Below are positions 16,449 through 24,528 of a stretch of 32,000 nucleotides of DNA, in pieces. Made by a program: the position numbers and the translations under genes. Origin of the DNA: Mucisphaera calidilacus (GTDB lineage: Bacteria; Planctomycetota; Phycisphaerae; Phycisphaerales; Phycisphaeraceae); contig NZ_CP036280.1 in NCBI RefSeq assembly GCF_007748075.1, positions 1,980,001-2,012,000 on the forward strand, given 5' to 3'. The notes under the pieces were generated by a model. The model was not told the origin of the DNA, searched no databases, and saw nothing but the letters and a program-made list of their open reading frames with translations. The stretch's first letter is position 1. The number at the start of each line of letters is the position of its first letter.

Positions 16449-17536
16449 GACGACCGATCATGCATCAGGAGCACCGTCACCGCGGCAAGCTGAACCATCA
16501 CGCCGCTCCACGCCCATCGCATGAACAACTCCACGTTGTCCGATGCCATCCACAAGCCGCCGATCAGGCAGATCAGCGCCACCAGCTGCAGGATCATGGC
16601 CACCATATGCAGCGGCGCCATCCCACTGCCCGCCGACCTCTGGCTCCGCAACTCACTGAGAATCTGCTTGAGCAGCCGCGCCTCGTTCGAGGCTCGCTGC
16701 GTCCCCTTCTCCCCCGCGGCGGGCGCCTCACGCGGCACCGACCTCGAAACCTCGGCCTCGGCCGGTTTCTTCACCGCAGGCAACACGCCCACCACAGCCG
16801 GCTCCTCGTGCTGTTGCTCTTGTTTCGGCTCGGGCTTGGGCTGCGCCTTGGGCTTGCTCGGCTCGATCACCGGCTCTTCGCGGACCCTGCGTCTGGGCGT
16901 TTCTTCCAGCCCCTCTTCCTCGCGCGACCGCTGAATCCGTGCCACCGCCGCCACGTCCCATCGCCGCCCCCCCAGCTCCGCCTTATGAATCTCCTCGTGC
17001 ACGTCCGGCTTGCGCTGCTGAGCGACAATCCGAACCGCCTCCACCAGATTCCCCGACCGGTATGCTGGCATCACACCCGCAGCGGCAGGCGGAACCACAC
17101 CCTCCGACACCGGGTCCAGCAGGATCGTCCGCAGCCCCTGCGACACGCCCGCCTCGATCTGCTCATCATCGACACCGATCAGCCAGCTCCGGTCCATGTC
17201 GATGTTCAGGTCGGCACCCAGCTGTTCGATCGACGCACTCAGAGCATCCGCGGCACGCACCCGCCGCTTGCGCCCGCTTGCCGTTTTTCCCGGATACCGG
17301 CAGACCTGATCGATCCGCGCCCCGTTGCTGGCTTCCTCGATGTGCCGACCGATCTCGGCATCAAAACGGCCGCCGTCCGAGCTCTCCGGGGCATACATCA
17401 CCACCCGGTAGCCCAGCCCGCAGATCGACGCCACCGCCGACGCGGCACCCTTGGCCGTAACGATCGGGCCCTCGCCCGCCACCTGATGCTCGGTCAGGAT
17501 CGCCCCGTCTCGTGCCAGGAACACCGCTGCTCGCAT
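16445..17536 (-). CDS. Membrane-anchored protein with a degenerate GmhB/HAD-phosphatase-like N-terminal domain
   Basis: The N-terminus AVFLARDGAIL aligns to GmhB A(I/V)FLDRDGTIN, but the nucleophile Asp is Ala (codon GCA, 17513-17515). Motif II (hhhTNQ) is replaced by VVMYAPE. There is a Lys/Pro/Glu/Gln-rich linker and two C-terminal TM helices (VAMILQLVALICLIGGLWM; GVMVQLAAVTVLLM). Confidence 0.6.
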   Translation of the reverse strand: MRAAVFLARDGAILTEHQVAGEGPIVTAKGAASAVASICGLGYRVVMYAPESSDGGRFDAEIGRHIEEASNGARIDQVCRYPGKTASGRKRRVRAADALSASIEQLGADLNIDMDRSWLIGVDDEQIEAGVSQGLRTILLDPVSEGVVPPAAAGVMPAYRSGNLVEAVRIVAQQRKPDVHEEIHKAELGGRRWDVAAVARIQRSREEEGLEETPRRRVREEPVIEPSKPKAQPKPEPKQEQQHEEPAVVGVLPAVKKPAEAEVSRSVPREAPAAGEKGTQRASNEARLLKQILSELRSQRSAGSGMAPLHMVAMILQLVALICLIGGLWMASDNVELFMRWAWSGVMVQLAAVTVLLMHDRSS

Positions 17537-17557
17537 CGACCCAGAATACCAGCACGC

Positions 17558-18136
17558 TCAGCCCGACGCCGACATCCGTTCGCGCACACGCCCCTCCGCC
17601 TCGCCGATCGCACGCTCAAGATCATCATTCACGATAAACACGTCGTAGGCCCCGCTCTCGCGGGCCAGCGCGATCTCTCGCCGGGCCTCGGCGAAACGCT
17701 TCTGGATCTGGTCCTCACCCTCACGCTTGCGGTCCCGCAGCCGCTGCAGAAGCGTCGCCTCATCGGGCGGCAGGATGAAAATCGTCAACGCGTCGGGCAT
17801 CTTCTCCTTGACCTGCACCGCGCCCTGCACGTCGATCTCCAGCAGCATCGTCCGGCCGTCCGCGACCGCACGCTCCACCGGCTCGCGAGGCGTCCCGTAG
17901 CAGCGGCCAAACACCTCCGCCCACTCCAGCAGACCGCCTCGCTCGATCTCCGCCCGAAACCGCTCGTCACTCACAAAGACATAGTCCTGACCGTCGACGT
18001 CCTTGGCCGTCTGCGCACGCGTGGTCATCGAAACACTGAAGGTCGCCCCCACACGCCGCTCCACCTCGTGGGCGATCGTCGTCTTGCCCGCACCACTCGG
18101 CCCCGAGATGATCACCAGCAGGCCCGTTCCGTTCAT
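17558..18136 (-). CDS. gmk: Guanylate kinase
   Basis: [30 protein letters not shown] and E.A.V.G..YGT. The start is chosen at the ATG at 18136, which forms an ATGA overlap with the pyrB stop. Confidence 0.93.
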   Translation of the reverse strand: MNGTGLLVIISGPSGAGKTTIAHEVERRVGATFSVSMTTRAQTAKDVDGQDYVFVSDERFRAEIERGGLLEWAEVFGRCYGTPREPVERAVADGRTMLLEIDVQGAVQVKEKMPDALTIFILPPDEATLLQRLRDRKREGEDQIQKRFAEARREIALARESGAYDVFIVNDDLERAIGEAEGRVRERMSASG

Positions 18137-19119
18137 GTCGTCACCACTCCCGAGGCACGGCAGACGAGCAGCAGACACGCCATCCGAACCGCCAGGCCGT
18201 GCGTTACCTGCGCCAGGATCGCCGAACGAGGACCGTCGGCCACCACCGAGTCGATCTCCAACCCTCGGTTCATCGGCCCCGGGTGCATCACCAGCACGTC
18301 GTCACGCGTGCGCGCCAGACGCTCCTCGGTCAGACCGTAGAGCTTCTGATATTCCCGCCGGGAGGGAAACGCCGGGCCCGTGATCCGCTCGAACTGAACA
18401 CGCAGCATGTTGACCACGTTCACCTCGGGCAGCACCGCGTCAAGGTCGTGCGACACGGTCACCCCGTCACGCACCAGCCCGCCCGGCACCAGCGTCGGCG
18501 GGCCGACCAGAACCACCTCCGCGCCCAGCGTGCGCAAGGCGTGGAGATTCGAACGCGCCACCCGGCTGTGCGCAATATCCCCCACGATCGCCACCCGCAG
18601 GCCCGTCAGATCAAACGCCTCGCCCCGATCGAAGCGGTCCGCAATCGTGAAAATATCGAGCAGCCCCTGCGTCGGGTGCTCATGCCGACCGTCGCCCGCG
18701 TTGATCACCGAACAGCTCACCGCCTCCGCCAGCTTCGCCGAAGCCCCGCTGCGATGGTGCCGACACACAATCACGTCCACACCCATCGCCTCGATGTTCT
18801 TCGCCGTATCGACCAGCGACTCGCCCTTCGACAGGCTCGACCCCTTGGAGGAGAAGTCCAGCACGTCGGCCGACAACCGCCCCGCCGCCAGCGCAAAGCT
18901 CGTCCGCGTGCGCGTCGAATCCTCAAAGAACAGGTTCGCCACCACGCAGCCCCGCAGGTCCGGACGCTTCCAGACACTCCGACGCGAGACCTCACCAAAC
19001 CCCGCCGCCGTCGCGAGCAGGGCACGCAACTCCTCAGCACTCAGGCCCTCCAGCCCCAGCAGGTGACGCCTGTCCCAGACACCCGCCGACACCGGATCCG
19101 TCGCCATCGCTTCGCTCAT
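18133..19119 (-). CDS. pyrB: Aspartate carbamoyltransferase catalytic subunit
   Basis: [45 protein letters not shown] and [12 protein letters not shown] are all present. Confidence 0.95.
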   Translation of the reverse strand: MSEAMATDPVSAGVWDRRHLLGLEGLSAEELRALLATAAGFGEVSRRSVWKRPDLRGCVVANLFFEDSTRTRTSFALAAGRLSADVLDFSSKGSSLSKGESLVDTAKNIEAMGVDVIVCRHHRSGASAKLAEAVSCSVINAGDGRHEHPTQGLLDIFTIADRFDRGEAFDLTGLRVAIVGDIAHSRVARSNLHALRTLGAEVVLVGPPTLVPGGLVRDGVTVSHDLDAVLPEVNVVNMLRVQFERITGPAFPSRREYQKLYGLTEERLARTRDDVLVMHPGPMNRGLEIDSVVADGPRSAILAQVTHGLAVRMACLLLVCRASGVVTT

Positions 19120-19160
19120 AGACGCAATCCTACGAGACCCGGCACGGCTTGCAACGAGAC

Positions 19161-20258
19161 CTACCGGAGCGTGCTGTTGACGCGATGCATCCGCTCGAGC
19201 TGATCGGCCAGCTGCTGCATCCGCTCCGACTCTGATTCCGACACCGCCTCGGGCTTGATCAGTCCCGGGTCGGCGACGACCGTCAGCTCAATCATCTCCT
19301 CCGCGATCGTCCCGCCCACCGTGTCCTTCACACGCGCCTTGAGCTTGTACTCGCCCACCGTCAGGTTCGACGGCAGACGCACCATCTGCACCACGAAGAA
19401 ATCGCGCCGACGATTCCGCGACCGGTCAACCACCTCGATCGGCTCCTGCCGCCAGACCAGCGTCCCGCCCCGCCGTTCATACAGCCGGATATCCTCCACA
19501 AGGCGCGCGGTGTAGAACCCGTCCTCGTCCACCTCCGGCTTCACACCCTCCAGTTCCAGGTAGACGATCATCGGGTGCTCCCGCCCGGCGAGCAGCTTGC
19601 GCGACGACAAAGGCGAGTAGACGCCATACCCCGTCACCGAGCGGCACAACGCCATCCTCCGAATCCGCACCGGCAGGTCCTCGACACCCCGGAGATCACT
19701 CGCCAGCAGGTCGAGGTCCAGAAGCCCGTCTCGCTCGGCCTGCGACTCCATCGCCAGCAGCATCCTCCGAACCCGCTCCACCTGACGCCGCTGCTCACGA
19801 CTCAAGCGCGCCATCGCCTCGCCATCCCCCGCGTACGCCGGGTCGAGCAGCATCCGGGCCGAGTCCTCCAACGCCATGATCAGCGGATCACGCTCAACGT
19901 CCGCCGGGCTGACACGCAGCGTCGGCCCGTGCCCCAGCTGCTCCTTGGCCAGCGACACACGCTCTGGGTCATCCTGCGGAACCCGATCCACCGCCTGCTC
20001 GATCCGCGGCTCTTCGGGCCGGTTCTCGCCCACGCCGTGCGCATCGATCCAACGCACGTCCTTCGGCCCCTCGGCAACCTCAGGCTCGACGTACGCCTGC
20101 GGCTGCACAACCGCCTGCTTCTGACTGTCAATCAGCGCCTGGCGAGCATTGAATGCCGCTATCTCATCATCACTGGGCACCTCCCGTCGCGGCTGCATGA
20201 AACAGCCCGACACGAGGAAACTCACCACAACCAGTAACAGCCATCTGCTGCCTCGCAT
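19161..20258 (-). CDS. Lipoprotein of unknown function
   Basis: The ATG at 20258 gives [19 protein letters not shown], a signal peptide with lipobox LVSG|C. The protein has an acidic/Gln-rich N-terminal region, a helical middle and a beta-rich C-terminal ~120 aa. I recognise no family. Confidence 0.65.
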   Translation of the reverse strand: MRGSRWLLLVVVSFLVSGCFMQPRREVPSDDEIAAFNARQALIDSQKQAVVQPQAYVEPEVAEGPKDVRWIDAHGVGENRPEEPRIEQAVDRVPQDDPERVSLAKEQLGHGPTLRVSPADVERDPLIMALEDSARMLLDPAYAGDGEAMARLSREQRRQVERVRRMLLAMESQAERDGLLDLDLLASDLRGVEDLPVRIRRMALCRSVTGYGVYSPLSSRKLLAGREHPMIVYLELEGVKPEVDEDGFYTARLVEDIRLYERRGGTLVWRQEPIEVVDRSRNRRRDFFVVQMVRLPSNLTVGEYKLKARVKDTVGGTIAEEMIELTVVADPGLIKPEAVSESESERMQQLADQLERMHRVNSTLR

Positions 20259-20314
20259 GATGCCTCCTTGCATCCGACAACGAAGCGATCGTTGTTCAGG
20301 CGCTCCGCGCCCAC

Positions 20315-21319
20315 TTAATCAAGAACATCGGCCAGACCCACGCACAGGGTTTCGAGATTCCGTCGCCCATCCCCAAAACCCCGCTTGGTCCGCACGTCAC
20401 GCTCAACCGCCGCGTCAAAAAGCCGATTCACCGCCGCCGGGTCCAGCACCGAAGCGGCCTTCATGAATCGGTCCGCACCCGCCCCCCAAAGCTTCACACG
20501 CTTGGCAATCTCGCCACCCCCCATCCGGCGCGACGCGTACCGCTGAATCAGCGACAGCTTCCGGATCCCGTCGCCCACGAAGTAGGTCACACCCACCTCC
20601 GATTGCCCGCCCAGGTCCACCAGATCACGCACCTCGCGCAGCACCGGACCAGCATCGCGGCGGGACATCGACGTCAGCATCGCGTCCTGCACGCCCCACG
20701 CCGCCTCCTCGTGTGTCCGACCCGACATCCGCTCCACGTCGTCGCGACTGATCGCCTCGCCCTCCACCATCGCCGCCAGCTTGCCCACCTCCTGGTCCAG
20801 CCGCGCCAGATCGACGCCCAGCCGGTCCACCAGCAGCCGGGCCGTGTCCGCACCCAGCTTCACGCCATGCTCCGACTTCGCACGCTCGCTCAGCCACGTG
20901 GCCGCCTCGCCTTCCCGCATCGGCTCACACTTCACCACCGCCCCGACCTTCGCGATCAGCTTGTCGAGCTTGCCCGCACGCCACACAGGCGACCGCAGCA
21001 CCAGCGTCGCGTGCTCCGCCGGCGCCTCCGCGTAACGCTCCAGAGCGGCCCGGTGCTCCTTCACAAACCCCTCCGCGTCCTCGACCACCACCACCTTGTG
21101 CGCCACCATCAGCCCGAAGGTCCGCAGCTCATCGAGCACACGGTCCAGCTCCACCGACCCACCATCCACCACCATCGGCTCCGTCTCGCCGTGCTCCTCC
21201 CGGATAGACGCCATCAGGCCGCGAAGCCGGAGCTGCTGCAGCAGACGCTCCTTGCCGCAGAGCACCACGATCCGCATCGAGGTGTCGAGGTCAACCTGCG
21301 CCGATGACTTCCTTGCCAT
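20315..21319 (-). CDS. holA: DNA polymerase III delta subunit
   Basis: Length is ~334 aa. The pattern is HolA-like: IVVLCGKERLL...V.VV.DAE.F......AL..Y...P...T.LVL, then LD.E..KL and a C-terminal helical domain. Similarity is family-level only. Confidence 0.8.
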   Translation of the reverse strand: MARKSSAQVDLDTSMRIVVLCGKERLLQQLRLRGLMASIREEHGETEPMVVDGGSVELDRVLDELRTFGLMVAHKVVVVEDAEGFVKEHRAALERYAEAPAEHATLVLRSPVWRAGKLDKLIAKVGAVVKCEPMREGEAATWLSERAKSEHGVKLGADTARLLVDRLGVDLARLDQEVGKLAAMVEGEAISRDDVERMSGRTHEEAAWGVQDAMLTSMSRRDAGPVLREVRDLVDLGGQSEVGVTYFVGDGIRKLSLIQRYASRRMGGGEIAKRVKLWGAGADRFMKAASVLDPAAVNRLFDAAVERDVRTKRGFGDGRRNLETLCVGLADVLD

Positions 21320-21337
21320 GCCGACAGCGTACCAGCA

Positions 21338-22756
21338 TCAGTCGGGAGGGAGCGGCGGCAGGAAGAGGGTGGCGAGGTAGAGGGCGAAGAAGAAGCCGCA
21401 GAGGTCGGTGATGGTGGTGAGGATGGGTCCCGAGGCCATGGCGGGGTCCATCTTGATGCGTTTGAGGAGGAGAGGGACGCTGCCGCCTATGGCGACAGAG
21501 ATGACGGTGTTGGCGGCGAGTGCGGCTCCGACGACGAGTCCGATCCAGGCGAACTGCTCGCCGCGCATGGCGTAGGCGACGAGTCCGAGTGCGGTTCCGA
21601 GGATCATGCCGTTGAGGAGGCCGACCATGACCTCCTTCCAGAGGGTTCGGAGGACCTCGTTGGGCTTGACGAGGCCGAGGGCGAGTTCGCGCATGGAGAC
21701 GGCGACGGCCTGATTGCCGGAGCATCCTGACATGTCGGAGAGGATGGGGAGGAAGATGGCGAGTGCGGTGACGCGCTTGATGGTGGGCTCGTAGAAGGCG
21801 ACGACGCTGGCGGCGACGAGGTTGAGGACAATGTTGGGTGCGAGGAAGGCGAGTCGCCTGAGGGCGCGGGACCACGCGGGCATGGAGCGTGTTTCTTCGC
21901 CCGCGATGATGCCACCGATCCGCAGCATTGCCTTGCTCGACGCCTCGCCGATCGCCTCCTCCACCGCGGCCCTCCTCACCACGCCCACCAGCCGCTCGTG
22001 CTCGTCGATCACCGGTGCCGCCTGAAAGAACTGCGCATCGAAGAACTGCTCGAGCGTCGACAGGTCGTCCTGATCTCGCACGAACGTCGGGTTGCGGATC
22101 ATGATCGTGTCGATCCGCTCATCGCCAGGCGTCAGCACCAGGTCACGCAGCCGAACCACGCCTCGCAGCTCGCCCGACTTGCCGATGATGTAGACGTACT
22201 GAACGTCATACTCCTGATACTCCGACGCGTTGGTCCGCAGGTCGTCGACCACCTCACGCACCGACATCGTCTGGAAGAAGGCCAGGTACTCCGCCGCCAT
22301 CAGGCCGCCCGCGGTGTCCGGCTCGTAGCTCGCCAGACGACGCACCTCGTAGGCATCGTCCGGGTCCAGCTCCCGGAGAATCGCCTCCGCCTCGTCGTCG
22401 TCCAGACGCGAGATCAGGTCGGTCTGAGCGTCCGACGGCAGCGGGTCCACCATCTCCGCCGCCTTGGCCGGCGACACCTCCGCCAGCAGGTCGCTCGCCT
22501 GCTCGACGCTCAACTCCTCAACGAGGTACGCGCCGCATTCCGCCGGCAGGATGTTGATCAGCTGCGAACGCTCCTCGTCCGTCAGACGCGAGATAGCACG
22601 CGCCATCTCGCCCGCAGGCTGGTCATACACGAAACGCTGAAGACCGCTGAGGTCATTCACCTCCAGCAGGTGATCCAGCAGCGCCGGCGCATCCACCTCG
22701 GCACCCTCGGGTGTCGAGACCTTGAGCTCTTCGGATGGCGGATCGGTCTCAGGCAT
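21338..22756 (-). CDS. mgtE: Magnesium transporter MgtE
   Basis: It has an MgtE N-domain, tandem CBS region (VVRLRDLV..; VGVVRRAAV) and a C-terminal channel with FLPILSDMSGCSGNQ and GSVPLLLKRIKMDPAMASGPILTTITDLCGFF. Confidence 0.93.
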   Translation of the reverse strand: MPETDPPSEELKVSTPEGAEVDAPALLDHLLEVNDLSGLQRFVYDQPAGEMARAISRLTDEERSQLINILPAECGAYLVEELSVEQASDLLAEVSPAKAAEMVDPLPSDAQTDLISRLDDDEAEAILRELDPDDAYEVRRLASYEPDTAGGLMAAEYLAFFQTMSVREVVDDLRTNASEYQEYDVQYVYIIGKSGELRGVVRLRDLVLTPGDERIDTIMIRNPTFVRDQDDLSTLEQFFDAQFFQAAPVIDEHERLVGVVRRAAVEEAIGEASSKAMLRIGGIIAGEETRSMPAWSRALRRLAFLAPNIVLNLVAASVVAFYEPTIKRVTALAIFLPILSDMSGCSGNQAVAVSMRELALGLVKPNEVLRTLWKEVMVGLLNGMILGTALGLVAYAMRGEQFAWIGLVVGAALAANTVISVAIGGSVPLLLKRIKMDPAMASGPILTTITDLCGFFFALYLATLFLPPLPPD

Positions 22757-22796
22757 ACAAGGGTTCGTCCTTCACTGACAAGCCCATTCTACGCCC

Positions 22797-23621
22797 TTAT
22801 CCGATGCCGACAGGCCCGAAATCCGTATCGCGGTAATACCCCGCCATCCGACGCACACGATCGACCTGTCCCGACGTCAACAATTCCCGTCCGCGCCCCG
22901 GACGCCCGACGTTGAACCGCGTCTCGCCGGGCCTCAACCCCTCAAGCACAGGCCCAACACGATCGGCATCGTAATCCACCCGCAGGAAATCCAGAGCCCT
23001 GCGCACCTCCCCCGCCTGATCCGCGATGAGATCGTCGTAGTCGATCCAGTGAACCGCTACCGAACCCTCGTCCGCCGCAGCACGCCAGCCCGCGTAAAAA
23101 CGCAGATACCAGGGCAGGTGCAGGTCGATGATCGCATCGATCTGCGCCTCTGGCTCCATCGCCCGGATCGAAAGCGAGACCGGCGACTGATCCGTCGTGT
23201 CCGACAGGTCCTTCACCACGTGATCCCGCGCACTCACGATGACGTCAAACAGATTCCGGGTCTGCACCAGAGGCGTCATGTTGAATGCACGCAGCAACGC
23301 CACGTTCGCCGGCGTCGCGCAGACGTGCAGCTTCGCCACACCCGTCCGCAGCAGGCAGTCCCGCGTCAACTGAGGCAGATAGAGGTCCTGCTCCGGGTTG
23401 TCGAAGCTGTAAACCACCTGGGTCTGCGGGCGATCCAGGATCCGCGCAATCGCGTTGAACAGCAGCGACGATCCCGTCTTCGGGTTCGCTGCGATCAGGA
23501 TCTCACGGTTAGGCGGCAGCCCGCCACGCAGCGCATCCGACAACGCCTTGAGCTGGGCCTCCTGCCAGAACGCCTGACCGAACATCCCCATCACCTGCTG
23601 CACACCCGCCGTCGCCGTCAT
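22797..23621 (-). CDS. Sulfotransferase-family protein
   Basis: PAPS-binding motifs are present: 5'-PSB-like ANPKTGSS and 3'-PB-like TRNLFDVIVSARDH (compare RNP.D..VS). GGAGG lies 6 nt upstream of the ATG at 23621. Confidence 0.7.
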   Translation of the reverse strand: MTATAGVQQVMGMFGQAFWQEAQLKALSDALRGGLPPNREILIAANPKTGSSLLFNAIARILDRPQTQVVYSFDNPEQDLYLPQLTRDCLLRTGVAKLHVCATPANVALLRAFNMTPLVQTRNLFDVIVSARDHVVKDLSDTTDQSPVSLSIRAMEPEAQIDAIIDLHLPWYLRFYAGWRAAADEGSVAVHWIDYDDLIADQAGEVRRALDFLRVDYDADRVGPVLEGLRPGETRFNVGRPGRGRELLTSGQVDRVRRMAGYYRDTDFGPVGIG

Positions 23622-23678
23622 CGCATACCTCCATAGCCCCTGAAAAGCCTATCGACGCCCGTACGCCGAACGCGCAAG

Positions 23679-23705
23679 AAAAAACCCGGCCGCAAGGACC
23701 GGGTT
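23679..23705 (-). terminator. Rho-independent terminator after rplQ
   Basis: The minus strand reads AACCCGGTC-CTTGC-GGCCGGGTT and runs into a T tract (TTTTTT). The stem is 9 bp with one G.U pair. The hairpin begins 25 nt after the rplQ stop. Confidence 0.75.
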
Positions 23706-23730
23706 GAATGAGCACACACAGACGATGCGT

Positions 23731-24372
23731 TTACGCCTCGTCCTTCTTTTCATCTTCGGCCTTGGTCTCCGCAGCCTCCTCCGTGGCCTCGACGGCCGCC
23801 TCTGCGACTTCCTCAGCCGCTGCTTCCGCGGGAGCCTCCTCCGCAGCATCGCCCTTGCGCAGGCCCGCCGCAAAGGTCATCCGCTTGTTCGCCTTGTCAC
23901 GACGACGCGAATAACGACCCGAGATCTGCGGGCCCTCTTCTTCCTCGCCCAGAAGCTGCAGCACGCAGAGCTGGCTCGCGTCACCGATGCGGTGCTTGTC
24001 GAGCCGAATGATCCGCGTGTAGCCGCCCTCGCGGTCCTGGAAGCGCGGAGCGATGTCGTCCACGATCGTCTTCACGATCTTCGGGCCGCTCTTGAGCTCG
24101 CCATACTTGTTGCGCTCCAGCGACTCGTCCTCCTCCGACCGGACCATGATCCGATCCCGGCCGAGCATCGCGGTGATCCGGCGACGGGCCACGATGTCTC
24201 CCTTCTTCGCCGCCGTGATGATCCGCTCAACCAGCGGACGCACACTCTTGGCCTTCGGGAGCGTCGTGGTGATCTGTCCGTGTGTGAAAAGCGAAACCGC
24301 CATGTTCCGCCACATCGCCTTGCGGTGAGGTGTGTTACGGCCGAGCTTGCGGCCTGCCATACGGTGTCTCAT
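23731..24372 (-). CDS. rplQ: 50S ribosomal protein L17 with internal insertion and ~70-aa acidic C-terminal extension
   Basis: MRHRMAGRKLGRNTPHRKAM.RN....L..H..I.TTL.KAK..RP..E..IT and GGYTRI are canonical. AAGGAG lies 7 nt upstream of the ATG. The protein is 213 aa, versus ~120-130 typical. Confidence 0.95.
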   Translation of the reverse strand: MRHRMAGRKLGRNTPHRKAMWRNMAVSLFTHGQITTTLPKAKSVRPLVERIITAAKKGDIVARRRITAMLGRDRIMVRSEEDESLERNKYGELKSGPKIVKTIVDDIAPRFQDREGGYTRIIRLDKHRIGDASQLCVLQLLGEEEEGPQISGRYSRRRDKANKRMTFAAGLRKGDAAEEAPAEAAAEEVAEAAVEATEEAAETKAEDEKKDEA

Positions 24373-24483
24373 CAGGGTGCTCCTTGTTGGTGACCCGACG
24401 GGAGACGTCGTTCGGGTCGTGCCACTCCCGCTTCACGCGGGGCAAAAGGGTCCGCACACGGGACCGGGGCAGCCATGGCCCAC

Positions 24484-24515
24484 AAAAAAAACGGCTCCCG
24501 AATCAACGGGAACCG
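24484..24515 (-). terminator. Rho-independent terminator/attenuator between rpoA and rplQ
   Basis: The minus strand reads CGGTTCCCG-TTGATT-CGGGAGCCG followed by TTTTTTTT. The stem is 9 bp with one G.U pair. It starts 13 nt after the rpoA stop. Confidence 0.8.
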
Positions 24516-24528
24516 CTCATCATTCTTC

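Noticed and set aside
16460-18340. A 626-aa plus-strand ORF. The same reading applies to many other long antisense ORFs: 2051..2854, 3131..4057, 5125..5739, 9174..10235, 10245..10952, 11278..12303, 13152..13982, 18199..19203, 19575..20237, 20603..21307, 21291..21875, 21998..22915, 23049..23636, 23704..24393, 24475..25755, 25752..26555, 29263..30450 and 29918..30772.
   Set aside because: All of them are antisense or out of frame to genes with clear family motifs. All have Arg/Pro/His/Gly-biased composition characteristic of non-coding frames in G+C-rich DNA.
22757-22796. I looked for an M-box (Mg2+) riboswitch upstream of mgtE.
   Set aside because: Only 40 nt separate the mgtE ATG from the preceding stop codon, which is too short for an M-box.
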